This document shows, one piece after another, positions 27,046 through 35,492 of a stretch of DNA of 61,818 nt (the first letter of the stretch is position 1; each line of letters starts with the position of its first letter). Under the pieces are notes generated by a model. It was not told the origin of the DNA. It saw only the letters and a program-made list of their open reading frames with translations, and did not search any database. The translations under genes were made by a program, and so were the position numbers. The DNA is from Pseudomonas phage Itty13, in sequence record MW460249.1; one strand, given 5' to 3'.

Positions 27046-27204
27046 CTGCTGGCTAACCTCTCGCAGGTGTGGCCCCTTGATCGGGACATCCTGGGGCGCC
27101 TCGATCACCAGACTGGCGATCTGGCCTGACTTCTTGACCATCTTCACGGTGACATCGCCGATCTGGACGCTCTGTCCGGGGCGCAGGTCGATCTTCAGGG
27201 CCAC
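27019..27204 (-). CDS. csrA-like: CsrA/RsmA-family RNA-binding regulator homologue (61 aa)
   Basis: GTG start with RBS AGGAGAG. The product MALKIDLRPGQSVQIGDVTVKMVKKSGQIASLVIEAPQDVPIKGPHLRE aligns with the CsrA core (IGDxVxV ... GxQxxIGIEAPKDVxV...REE). A 10-bp perfect inverted repeat overlaps its stop codon. Confidence 0.65.
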   Translation of the reverse strand: MALKIDLRPGQSVQIGDVTVKMVKKSGQIASLVIEAPQDVPIKGPHLREVSQQAPMAVAMP

Positions 27205-27213
27205 GTTTCTCTC

Positions 27214-28107
27214 CTAGCGGCTTGCGAGGTACGCTTCTTGGTCGGCCTCAGACAGCTTGCCGAAGGCCTTCTCGAAGCCGAGCGGGTCGCTGTCCATCAG
27301 GCGATCAAGGCTCGCCCACCGGCCGTCGTCGGTGTCGTTGATGTCCGCCGCCGGGACCTTGGCGAGGCTCGGTGGAATCTCGCGCTGCTGGCGCTCCTGC
27401 TTCCTGGCCGGCTCCTTGCCGCTCTTGTCGTCCGCCTTGGACTGCTCGGTCGGCAGGCCCAGGTCCTCGGCCCACTGCTTGTAGGCCTTCTTCAGGTCGG
27501 CCATGCCGGGGTTCTTGCCGGCCTGCATGGTCTCGGCCGTCACCTTGCGCACGACGGTATCGAAGGAGGACCAGCGCAGCTCGTTCTTGGCGATCTCCGG
27601 GTGCCCTTCGAGGAAGGTCTGGACGTTCGCCTGCCACATGGCGTCGATCTGCGCCTGATTGTGCTTCTCGGCGAAGTCGGCCTCCAGTTGCTGGCGCTCG
27701 ATGGCGCCGCGCTCCTTCTCCAGCTTGCGCAGCTCGGCACGGTATTCCGCCGTGGTCAGGTCGCCGTCCTCGAACTTCTGCGAGATTTCATCCTCGCGCT
27801 TGTCGATGTCGGCCAGCTTCGCCTCGGCATCCTCGACGGCATCGACCTTCAGCAGCGGCAGCGGGCGCGCGCTGTCTTCCTCGCCCTGGTCATCGTCGGG
27901 GTTCGGCTGATCATCCTTGCCGTCGTCGCGGCCGGGCTGCTGCTGATCGTCCGGGTTCGGCTCGTCGTCCTCGCCGGCGCCCGGCTGGTCGTCGTTGTCG
28001 TCGCCGGCTCCGGTATCGGTGTCGTCGTCCGGCAGGTCGTCGCTGTGCTCCTCGTCGAGCCCGGCGCGTTCTTCTTCGGTCAGCAGAGCAAGTTCTTCAG
28101 GGGACAT
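27214..28107 (-). CDS. Scaffolding protein (297 aa)
   Basis: Highly acidic (D/E/P-rich N-terminus) and helical. Sits between the portal and capsid genes. Confidence 0.65.
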   Translation of the reverse strand: MSPEELALLTEEERAGLDEEHSDDLPDDDTDTGAGDDNDDQPGAGEDDEPNPDDQQQPGRDDGKDDQPNPDDDQGEEDSARPLPLLKVDAVEDAEAKLADIDKREDEISQKFEDGDLTTAEYRAELRKLEKERGAIERQQLEADFAEKHNQAQIDAMWQANVQTFLEGHPEIAKNELRWSSFDTVVRKVTAETMQAGKNPGMADLKKAYKQWAEDLGLPTEQSKADDKSGKEPARKQERQQREIPPSLAKVPAADINDTDDGRWASLDRLMDSDPLGFEKAFGKLSEADQEAYLASR

Positions 28108-28125
28108 TCCTCGATCCTCTCGTGG

Positions 28126-30468
28126 TTACATGGGTGGTTGCTGCTGTGCGGGATCAGCCGGCGGCTGTTCCTGCTGTGCCTGTTGCTGCTGCGCGGCCTG
28201 CTCCTGGGCTGCTTGCTCCTGGGCGGCCTGCTGCTGTGCCTGGGCCTCGATCATCGCCTGCTGCTCGGCGGCGGCCTGCTGCTGGGCGATTGTCTCCTGC
28301 TCGGTGCGCGACTGGAAGCCGGCCTCGTGCAGGACGGTGTCGGCGATTGGGACAACCTGGGGCGCGCTGACCATGGCGAGCGCGGTTTCGAGCGCCTTGC
28401 GCTGGGTGTCCACGTTCTGGCCGGCGAGCTGGCTGGCGATCTGCTGCGCCTGCACGGCGATCCGCTGGGCGTCGGCGGCAGACTTCTGCGCGTCGGCTGC
28501 TGTCTTCTGCGCGTCCGCCTCCTTCTTGGCGATGTCGGCCATGGCGGCGCGCTGCTGCATTTCGGCCTGGGCCTGCTTCGCCTGCTCCTGCTGGATTTCC
28601 TCGGGCGTCGGCTCCTCGGCGTCCGGGTCGCGCATGCCGGTGACTTGGCGGATGCGCTTCACCAGCTCCTCGCGGTTGCCGATGTCCATCTCCTCGACGA
28701 TCAGGTCGATCATCACCATGGCGAGCTGCGGCGCCACCGGCGCGAGCTGGCCGAGCATGGCCAGCAGCTCCTCGGCTTGGTTCTGGCGGATCGTGGCGCG
28801 CCAGTCGGACTCGCTGATGACGAAGTCGGCCTTGGTCCGGGTGATGTCGTTCTCCGGCAAGCCGTCGTTGATCGCGATGTATTCCGGCGTGCCGCGCATG
28901 TTGGTGATGCGGAACTCCTTTTCCTCGCTGAAGAACTGCTCGACGAGGGAAAGCTGCTTCTCGCCCTGTATCTGCGTAGCGAAGCGCAGGTTGTCGAAGA
29001 CGCCAGCGGTTGCCATGCTGCCCTGTTCCTGGCGGAGACCGATGGCCTTGCCGGAAGTGGCGTTCGTGCTGCGCCCCAGCAGCTCGTCGGTCACGCCCGA
29101 CAGCGTCTGGATCATGTTGATGGACCGGCCCATCATTTCGAGGTGAGCGGCGGCCAGCTCGCGCTCGGCGTTCAGGACCAGCTCTTTGCCCTGCTTCTTG
29201 ACGATCACGGCGTCCGGGCGGGCGACCTCTTCCTTGAACTCGTCGATGTCATCGACCGCGCCCTCGTCCATGATCACCTTGTTGGTGCTCAGGATGTGCA
29301 GGGCCTTGGCCGCGCGCTTGTTGATGTCGTACTGGATGTCGCGCATGCCCCGGATCATGCCGTAGGGCAGCCCGTCGCGGCCGCGCCGGTAGCACCAAAT
29401 AGGCGTGAACGGGAAGCGGTTGTGCCGGTACGGGCTCTCGCCGTAGTACAGGATGCCCGACGAGGTGAAGATGCAGACATGCACCCGCATCATGATCTTG
29501 TCCACGACGACGGACTCGCCGGCCTCGATGGCGGCGCGGTGGCCTGGGCTGTACTTGTCGTAGACCTCGCCCTTGAACTCGCCGCCGTACATCTGCTTGA
29601 CGGACACGGGCCGGCGTATCCAGCCCTCGATCAGGCGCACGCGGTTGCGCTGGTACTCGCTGAGGTTCGACCGGGAGCTGCTGTAGTCTTGCAGCTCGAT
29701 CTCGGCCGAGTCCATTGCCTCATCGCCCTGGGTGTCGATGCCGTAGCTGTCGGTGTCACGGGCGGAGGTGCGCAGCAGGCCGGCGCGCTTCGGGAACATC
29801 GCTTCGGCGACATCGAGGTCCACCCACTTGGAGCGGAACACATAGCGGCAGTCGCTCAGGTCCTTCTCGGTCGAGGCGCTGTCCCATAGCATGTTGCGCC
29901 AGGACTCGTAGCGCGAGTAGACGGGCTCCTCGTCGCCGTCGTCCTGCACGCCGTCCTCCAGCCAGCCGACGCCGACCTTGACGCAGTCCTCGAAGGCGCG
30001 CGAGCGGTGGAACGGTGTGCGGTTCACGTCGCTCAGGTACTTGAGCAACTGGGTCTTGCGGCGGGCCTGCCGGCCGGACTCCTTGCGGCGAGGCAGGACG
30101 CGGAAGTCGGAGCGCCCGCGCTTCTCGGTGCCGATCACCCAGTTAATCGCCTGGGTGATGACGTTGTAGACTAGCGGCTCCTGGCCACGGTCGCGGAGCG
30201 TCTGCGCGTCCTCGGGCGTCCACTGGATGCTGTCGTAGAAGTCCTCGTCCACCGCCATCTGCGCGCGGTTCTCGGCCTGCCGGTCCAGCTCCTGCTCGTA
30301 GATGCCCAGGATTTCGGTGTGGAAGCGCTTCATCCGGTCGTTATCGAGCGGGTGCTGCTTCTTCCCTTGCGGCGCCGGGTTGTCGTTGGCGGTGCGGGTC
30401 CAGGCGTCGTCCTTCTTGACGCGCGCGCCGGCGATGTCCGGGCCTTGCATGTGGTCGGCGTCAAACAT
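28126..30468 (-). CDS. Portal protein (780 aa from ATG at 30468)
   Basis: Large ORF directly after the terminase-region genes. The internal ATG (MFDADHMQGPD...) overlaps the stop of the upstream gene (ATGTTTGA). Size and position are typical of a podovirus portal. Confidence 0.8.
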   Translation of the reverse strand: MFDADHMQGPDIAGARVKKDDAWTRTANDNPAPQGKKQHPLDNDRMKRFHTEILGIYEQELDRQAENRAQMAVDEDFYDSIQWTPEDAQTLRDRGQEPLVYNVITQAINWVIGTEKRGRSDFRVLPRRKESGRQARRKTQLLKYLSDVNRTPFHRSRAFEDCVKVGVGWLEDGVQDDGDEEPVYSRYESWRNMLWDSASTEKDLSDCRYVFRSKWVDLDVAEAMFPKRAGLLRTSARDTDSYGIDTQGDEAMDSAEIELQDYSSSRSNLSEYQRNRVRLIEGWIRRPVSVKQMYGGEFKGEVYDKYSPGHRAAIEAGESVVVDKIMMRVHVCIFTSSGILYYGESPYRHNRFPFTPIWCYRRGRDGLPYGMIRGMRDIQYDINKRAAKALHILSTNKVIMDEGAVDDIDEFKEEVARPDAVIVKKQGKELVLNAERELAAAHLEMMGRSINMIQTLSGVTDELLGRSTNATSGKAIGLRQEQGSMATAGVFDNLRFATQIQGEKQLSLVEQFFSEEKEFRITNMRGTPEYIAINDGLPENDITRTKADFVISESDWRATIRQNQAEELLAMLGQLAPVAPQLAMVMIDLIVEEMDIGNREELVKRIRQVTGMRDPDAEEPTPEEIQQEQAKQAQAEMQQRAAMADIAKKEADAQKTAADAQKSAADAQRIAVQAQQIASQLAGQNVDTQRKALETALAMVSAPQVVPIADTVLHEAGFQSRTEQETIAQQQAAAEQQAMIEAQAQQQAAQEQAAQEQAAQQQQAQQEQPPADPAQQQPPM

Positions 30469-30886
30469 GCTCGCGCACCTCGAAGTGGCGGACGTTGCCG
30501 TTCTCGTCGGTGCGGAAGGCATCGGCGACGACGACGGTCTCGGTCGGCTTGGGCGGGATTTTCAGCAGCTCGCCCAGCTCGTCGCGGACGATGGACAGGA
30601 TGCGCAGCAGCGTGAAGCGGTTGAAGCCGTCGAGGCCCAGGCACTCGGCGAACTGGAAAGCGGTCTGCACCGCGTCCTGATGGTCGCCGACCTCCTCGCT
30701 CCACTTCCAGGCGTTCTCCAGGGGGACGACGCAAGGGGTGACGCGCTCGAAGCCCTCGCGGTAGCTCGGGACCAGCACCAGGGCCGGGCGCTGCTGCTCG
30801 CCGAACCATGTGCCGTAGGCGGTGATGTCGCCGTGCTGGCGGCGGAATGCGTGCTTGGTCAGGTCCAGGGCGATGCGGGTGCTCAC
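30461..30886 (-). CDS. Hypothetical protein (141 aa)
   Basis: GTG start with RBS GAGGA; the start overlaps the stop of the small membrane gene (GTGA). Its stop overlaps the portal ATG. Confidence 0.5.
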   Translation of the reverse strand: MSTRIALDLTKHAFRRQHGDITAYGTWFGEQQRPALVLVPSYREGFERVTPCVVPLENAWKWSEEVGDHQDAVQTAFQFAECLGLDGFNRFTLLRILSIVRDELGELLKIPPKPTETVVVADAFRTDENGNVRHFEVREHV

Positions 30887-31074
30887 TGCTGGCGGTCCTC
30901 GGTCGTGGTGTCGGAGTGCAGCCCCGGCTGGCGGACGACGCGGGCGATGGCCACCAGCGTGCCGAGGGCGCTGTTCAGGATTGCGTAGGCGGTCGGCGAC
31001 AGGCCGAGCTGCGGGAGGAGCGCCAGGGCGGCGTTCAGGATGATGATGACGACAGCGATGCGAACGCTCGCCAT
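30883..31074 (-). CDS. Small two-TM membrane protein (63 aa; pinholin-like topology)
   Basis: Sequence MASVRIAVVIIILNAALALLPQLGLSPTAYAILNSALGTLVAIARVVRQPGLHSDTTTEDRQQ has two hydrophobic helices and a charged C-terminus. RBS GGAAGG. An operator motif lies upstream. Confidence 0.45.
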   Translation of the reverse strand: MASVRIAVVIIILNAALALLPQLGLSPTAYAILNSALGTLVAIARVVRQPGLHSDTTTEDRQQ

Positions 31075-31147
31075 CTTCCACGCCTTCCGCCAGTCTTCGA
31101 TCAGTTGCACGCCAATACCCCCGGTTTGTTCCGCTATTTTGCAGGTC

Positions 31148-31172
31148 GTTTCGATTTTAGCAACACTCGGGC
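31148..31172 (-). promoter_or_regulatory. Operator motif (GTGTTGCTAAAATCGAAACGACC)
   Basis: Lies between the terL stop and the small membrane gene. Confidence 0.4.
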
Positions 31173-31174
31173 CA

Positions 31175-32746
31175 CTAAACAGCCCTCGCGCTGACCTTCC
31201 GTTTCGGCCTCTGCCCGGCGCGGACGTTGACGACCTTGTAGCCCTGGGCGAACTGCCGGAAGCTGTCGGCGCCCTCGGTATGCACGTCCTTGAGGGGCTG
31301 GTCGGTGAACGTCTGCGTCGTGGTGTTGAACTTCTTCCGGTACAGCTCAAGGTGAGCGATGCCCTCCTTGCAGCCTTCCTCGTCGAACCAGCAGGCCGGG
31401 AAGATGTCGCGGACGGCCTGGATGCCGTGCTGTAGCTCCTGCACGCGGTCAACGATCTCGATGTTCTTCAGCCCCAGCTTCTCCAGTTGCTCGCGCGGCG
31501 TCAGGTTCTGGTCCATGCCCTGGCGGACGTGGTTGCCGTCGTGCGGCAGGTAGTGCGTGCCCCAAACCCAGCCGAGTTCCTGCATCTGCTGGACGAAGTA
31601 GCTGTAGGGCTCGCCCCAGCCCTCCATGAACCTGATGAACCGATGCTGCTGGCCGATGTGCTGGTGGAACCAGATAGCCGTCCCGTCGCCGGCGCCGATG
31701 TCCCAATACGTGTTGACCGGGTAGCCGGGCATGTAGGGCACGACGCCGATCCGGCGCTCCTTGCGCGCGGCGACGATCTGGCGGGTGTAGTAGCAGCCCT
31801 CCAGGCTCTTCTTGAACGCCTCGTCCGGGGTGGACGGGTACTCCTGCCACATCTTCTCGTCCTGGCCGGCGAAGATGCTGTCCCGCGTGTCGATCCACCA
31901 CGCGCGCTGCTCGATGTCGATCACGGCGCCCGTCTTGGCCTCGATCTCGTCGAAATACTCGTGCTCGCGCTGGGTGATGATCACGAGGTCCGGGTCGGAG
32001 CGGTACGTCATCTCGCCCCACCAGGGGTAGAAGTGGAACTTCAGGTCCTTGTTGGTCAGGCGCTTGCCGGCGTCGTGCAGCCTCTTCGCCCGCATCGCCA
32101 TGCTGTAGAACTCGCCTTCCTGGCCCTCGGCGGTGCTCTCGATGAACAGCATGCCGTCGTCGGGCACGGCAGGGATCGAGCCGGTGACGACCTCCTTGGC
32201 CTTCTCGGGGAACTTCGCGCCGATCTTCCCCATCTCGGAGACGTGCAGGTAGTGCATCGTGCCGGAGCGCATGGACGTGCCGACGCGGATGCTGCTGTTG
32301 TTGTGGGCGAACAGCAGCTCGGTCTTGCTCTCGACGGCGAGCGGCATGGCCTCGCGCAGGGCGTCCGGCAGATTGTCGTAGGCGAACTTCACCTTGTCGC
32401 GGAAGATCGTCTCCACCGCGCTCCGGTCCTGGGCGATGATGCCGGCGCGCACGTTCGCCCGGAACAGAACGCAGTCGAGGAAGAAAATCGCGATCAGCGT
32501 CGTGAAACCGAGCTGGCGCGCCTTCAGGATCAGATTGCGCGTGTGCAGGTTCTTCAGCAGGCGGCGCTGGGCGCGGTTGGGACGGAACGGGAGAACCAGG
32601 CCGTCCTCGCCGTCGCCCTCAGTCTTCACGATAATCTTGTACAGCGCGCCGGAGCACAGGCGCCACCAGGGATCGGCGAGGCAGGCCGCCAGCTCCTCGG
32701 GCGTGCTCGGGCGGAAGTCGAGGTCGATGCCGACGCGGGCGCTCAC
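31175..32746 (-). CDS. terL: Terminase large subunit (523 aa from GTG at 32746; track ORF starts at 32818)
   Basis: ATPase and nuclease-domain composition typical of TerL (…WGEMTYRSDPDLVII...). The GTG start overlaps the stop of the upstream small ORF (GTGA) and has RBS GGGAG. Confidence 0.8.
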   Translation of the reverse strand: MSARVGIDLDFRPSTPEELAACLADPWWRLCSGALYKIIVKTEGDGEDGLVLPFRPNRAQRRLLKNLHTRNLILKARQLGFTTLIAIFFLDCVLFRANVRAGIIAQDRSAVETIFRDKVKFAYDNLPDALREAMPLAVESKTELLFAHNNSSIRVGTSMRSGTMHYLHVSEMGKIGAKFPEKAKEVVTGSIPAVPDDGMLFIESTAEGQEGEFYSMAMRAKRLHDAGKRLTNKDLKFHFYPWWGEMTYRSDPDLVIITQREHEYFDEIEAKTGAVIDIEQRAWWIDTRDSIFAGQDEKMWQEYPSTPDEAFKKSLEGCYYTRQIVAARKERRIGVVPYMPGYPVNTYWDIGAGDGTAIWFHQHIGQQHRFIRFMEGWGEPYSYFVQQMQELGWVWGTHYLPHDGNHVRQGMDQNLTPREQLEKLGLKNIEIVDRVQELQHGIQAVRDIFPACWFDEEGCKEGIAHLELYRKKFNTTTQTFTDQPLKDVHTEGADSFRQFAQGYKVVNVRAGQRPKRKVSARAV

Positions 32747-33012
32747 TGAAGCATCTCCCACACTCGCCGGGCGTGCGCCGACTTGAACCAGCGAGCGACC
32801 AGCAAGGTGACGCCGCATCGCTTGCAGCTCCAGCGCATCTCCTCGCCGATGGTCAGTGGCTCGCCGCCGGTGATGAGCTGGACGCGGATTTCGCGCTCCT
32901 CTCGGAGCTGATGGCGATGAAAGCCCAGGCGGCAGGCCAGCAGCCCGCTCCTACGCGAAAAGCGCTGGGCAATCCCCCACGCTGGTGGCCAGATTTCACG
33001 TAGGAACGTCAA
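32743..33012 (-). CDS. Hypothetical small protein with CxxC motif (89 aa, TTG start)
   Basis: High GC3. The TTG start overlaps the GIY-YIG stop (TTGA) and the stop overlaps the TerL GTG, so the three genes are translationally coupled. Confidence 0.35.
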   Translation of the reverse strand: MTFLREIWPPAWGIAQRFSRRSGLLACRLGFHRHQLREEREIRVQLITGGEPLTIGEEMRWSCKRCGVTLLVARWFKSAHARRVWEMLQ

Positions 33013-33521
33013 GACACCACCATGACGGCAGTGTTTCGCCGCTTCAGCTCGGCGATCAGCTCCTCGTCGGTGAACGTCTTCAGCATCTGCTGGCGGACGC
33101 CGTGGCTGCGATCAGGGTGCGCGGTTTCCGATGCGTTCAGCAGGCGCCCCTCGAAGCGCCACATCCAGAACTGCTCGCGGGCGTGCAGGAACAGGGCGTC
33201 GATCCTGCGCTCCACCACCGTGAACAGGAAGGCATCTTCGCCGTGCTCGTCCCATGCCTGCTGGAGCAGGGTGGACGAATGATCTCCACGGCGCAGTTCC
33301 CCTTTGTGCGCAGAGAAGCGCTGCTTCGCATTCCTCGTCTGTCCCACATATGCCTGAGCCGTTGGCTTGCAGATGATCAGGTATACGTCGCCAGTAGGAG
33401 CCGGCTCCTCTCGTTTATTCAGCCTGCCGTAGCCGTACTTCTCTTGCCACTCTCGCTCAATTCTCTCGTGATCATGCCTGTTCTTATGCCGGCGTCGCCA
33501 TCTCGGGGTTAGCTCGATCAT
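33009..33521 (-). CDS. GIY-YIG family endonuclease (homing-endonuclease-like) between terS and terL
   Basis: ATG at 33521 with RBS AGGGGG. GIY-YIG motif (GDVYLIICKPTAQAYVGQTRNAKQRFSAHKGELRRG...). Locally lower GC at the 5' end. Confidence 0.7.
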   Translation of the reverse strand: MIELTPRWRRRHKNRHDHERIEREWQEKYGYGRLNKREEPAPTGDVYLIICKPTAQAYVGQTRNAKQRFSAHKGELRRGDHSSTLLQQAWDEHGEDAFLFTVVERRIDALFLHAREQFWMWRFEGRLLNASETAHPDRSHGVRQQMLKTFTDEELIAELKRRNTAVMVVS

Positions 33522-34267
33522 TGCTCGCCCCCTGGCTTCAGCGTGGCGCCGGAGACCTGTTGCAGCAGCAGTGCAATCGGGTTCTCGGCGTCGCCCTTCA
33601 GGGTCAGCTTGTCGTTGAACATGCCCAGGTGGCGCGCGACGTTCTCCAGGGCCTTGCCCTGATCCTGCATTTTCACCTCCAGGCCTTCCTTCGTGACCTT
33701 CACGCCGGCGTAGAGCGCTCGGGCTGACGGGCCGAGGTGGCGGGTGTCGGCCACGAACACATCGCCATGGCCCTCGCCGAAGCACTTCGGGCACCTGGGA
33801 TGCGGCGGCAGGGTCGGGTCGAAGCCGTATCCGCCCTCGTCGCTGGGCGGCTCGCGGTCATCCTTCGCGGCGTTGTCGCAAGCGCGCTCGTACTCGGCCT
33901 CGTCCTTCCAGTGGTAGGCGTGGTCCCGGCCATAGCAATGCCGGCAGCAGACGCGGCGGTGCTGGATCAGCTCGTTCGGGTCGGCGGTGGCGATCTCCCA
34001 CCAGCGCTGGAGCACCATCTCTTGCGTGATCTGCGTCCGTGCAGACAGGTCCTTGCGCGCTTCGGCGATGGCCTGGGCGATTTCAGGTTTTTTCAACAGC
34101 TCGTCGCCGATCTGACCGGCGGTCTTGGCGCTGTATTTCGCGCGGATGGCCGCCTGAGTGGCGTTCAGGTCAACGAGGTACTCCTCGACGAAACGCTGTT
34201 GCTTCGGCGTGAGTGGGCGTGTGGATTTCGTGGATGCCGCTGCATCTTGCGCGCGCTTCGTGGGCAT
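33518..34267 (-). CDS. terS: Terminase small subunit with Cys-rich insertion
   Basis: N-terminal region (LTPKQQRFVEEYLVDLNATQAAIRAKYSAKTAGQIGDELLKKPEIAQAI) matches the terminase small-subunit (Terminase_2) pattern. Head of the late minus-strand operon, with an operator motif ~60 nt upstream. Confidence 0.7.
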   Translation of the reverse strand: MPTKRAQDAAASTKSTRPLTPKQQRFVEEYLVDLNATQAAIRAKYSAKTAGQIGDELLKKPEIAQAIAEARKDLSARTQITQEMVLQRWWEIATADPNELIQHRRVCCRHCYGRDHAYHWKDEAEYERACDNAAKDDREPPSDEGGYGFDPTLPPHPRCPKCFGEGHGDVFVADTRHLGPSARALYAGVKVTKEGLEVKMQDQGKALENVARHLGMFNDKLTLKGDAENPIALLLQQVSGATLKPGGEQ

Positions 34268-34323
34268 AACTCGTTGATCCGACTCCGGTATTGACGAATC
34301 GCCTGAGATGGTGATTCAGGCGT

Positions 34324-34347
34324 GACTGTTTCGATTGTAAAAACGGA
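34324..34347. promoter_or_regulatory. Operator motif (CTGTTTCGATTGTAAAAACGG / TTTTTACAATCGAAACAG) between divergent terS and the 34357 gene
   Basis: It abuts the RBS of the plus-strand gene and lies ~60 nt upstream of the terS ATG. Confidence 0.4.
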
Positions 34348-34356
34348 GCGGATATA

Positions 34357-34656
34357 GTGCAAACGGCTATCGAGTTCACCGTGGTGGAGATGGGGAACGG
34401 GGTTTTCCGGTTCCAAGACACCGAGCGGATCACAGGGGAGCCCCAGGTTCCCCCCGACGCGGTCGAGGTTGACCTGGGATATGTGGGCTGGCGTGGCGCT
34501 CTTGAAGATGCCTGTCGCTTGGCCGGAGTGGAACTGTACGATGTGTCGCTGTGGAAAGCCTACGTGTGGTCGAGAGCTGGCGCGGTCGCGCATGTGATAG
34601 CGTTGCGCTCTGACTGCACGCCCCCGCCGGGGGATCGCCTGTCTGATACGAAGTGA
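34357..34656 (+). CDS. Hypothetical protein (99 aa, GTG start)
   Basis: RBS GGAGCGG. An operator motif abuts the RBS. Moderate GC3. Sits at the edge of the ORF-free structured region. Confidence 0.4.
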   Translation: MQTAIEFTVVEMGNGVFRFQDTERITGEPQVPPDAVEVDLGYVGWRGALEDACRLAGVELYDVSLWKAYVWSRAGAVAHVIALRSDCTPPPGDRLSDTK

Positions 34657-34859
34657 TCGCCCATTGTGAGCTGGATCACTGATAAGTCAGGCGCCGGCCC
34701 TCGACCTCTGGCCATGATTGCCGGCGTCAACCTCTAGAATTTCAAGGGCGGCTTACCCGCCAGCATGCCCTTGCGCCGATGGCGGGCAATTCCACGTCGT
34801 TACTCCTTGGCGCTTCCTTCGCCTCAGAGCCGGCCCCCGGAGTGAGTTGACGGGGATTA

Positions 34860-34960
34860 GGCGCCCCACCGTGGGATCGAACCACGGTCTCCACGGCTCG
34901 CGGCATTCAATTGCGCAGCACTTACGCAACATCCTGACACTACCCTTCGCTCCGCATCCT
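34860..34960 (-). ncRNA. tRNA-like element 1 (T-arm CGTGG-TTCGATC-CCACG plus acceptor-like 3' strand); not a canonical tRNA
   Basis: The minus strand reads ...GACCGTGGTTCGATCCCACGGTGGGGCGCC.... I could not find a matching 5' acceptor strand or anticodon arm. Coordinates are approximate. Confidence 0.25.
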
Positions 34961-35157
34961 TCCGCCGCTGTGCAAGTTCGGCGGCGATCCTCGGCGCTCC
35001 GGCTCGTGGTGTCCTGACCAACTGGACGAGTGGGGTACATCTGCATGGGAGTGGTGACGGCAGGGGCCAGTCGCCGGCGTCGTTGAACCCTCCACCCTTG
35101 CGGGCTTCATTGGAGTCTTGCCTGCCCCGCGTCGGTGCCCGCCTGCATGCAGCACCG

Positions 35158-35215
35158 TCACCACTCCGATGCAGCCTGGGCGGGTGACATGGCTGGGGTC
35201 GCCCAGGTGATCGGG
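35158..35215 (+). repeat. Structured repeat copy A (CCGATGCAGCC - hairpin CCTGGGCG/CGCCCAGG - TGATCGGG)
   Basis: Outer stem TCCGAT/ATCGGG encloses an inner 8-bp hairpin. One of three copies; see findings. Confidence 0.5.
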
Positions 35216-35335
35216 ATGCTGGTTCGTTGGCGGCTACGTGCTCCTTCGGCCTGCGCCCTCTGAAAGGTTCTGCGGCAGGCGACCCATTACCAAGCTCAGT
35301 TTCGACGAACCTGCATCGGGGAAGGCAATGAGGCC

Positions 35336-35445
35336 GGGGTCGAACCGGCGACCTGCATGGGAATGAGCGTTCGCGTTCATGACCGCTTGCGCTCGCTGCT
35401 CTACCGCGCTGAGCTACCCATTGCCTTCTCCGATGCAGCCTGCGC
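35336..35445 (-). ncRNA. tRNA-like element 2: cloverleaf-like with 10-bp terminal stem, D-arm, T-arm and a ~47-nt insert in place of the anticodon arm
   Basis: Minus strand: GAAGGCAATG-GG-TA-GCTC-AGCGCGGTA-GAGC-A-[47 nt]-GCCGG-TTCGACC-CCGGC-CT-CATTGCCTTC. The terminal stem is GAAGGCAATG / CATTGCCTTC. D- and T-arms are canonical; the central region is too long for a standard tRNA. Confidence 0.3.
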
Positions 35446-35492
35446 TACAGATTTGCAGGGACATCGGGCCGTCTCTCCGGCTGTCACGCCTA
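35423..35492 (+). repeat. Structured repeat copy B (CCGATGCAGCC - hairpin CCTGC/GCAGG - GACATCGGG CCGTCTCTCCGGCTGTC)
   Basis: Same conserved flanks as copies A and C, with a different but still self-complementary inner stem. Shares the 3' tail with copy C. Confidence 0.5.

Noticed and set aside
13848-32749. Other long plus-strand ORFs across the structural module (13848..15425, 16033..19995, 22170..23015, 22840..24099, 24099..25028, 25369..26997, 27238..29889, 31487..32749)
   Set aside because: Same antisense-shadow composition (R/G/A/L/V/H/D rich, no RBS logic). The minus strand carries a coherent, coupled late operon.
32773-33003. Plus-strand ORF 32773..33003 versus minus-strand ORF 32743..33012
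   Set aside because: The two are exact complements. The minus-strand version fits the operon direction and shows TTGA/GTGA coupling overlaps with its neighbours, so the plus-strand ORF is treated as its shadow.
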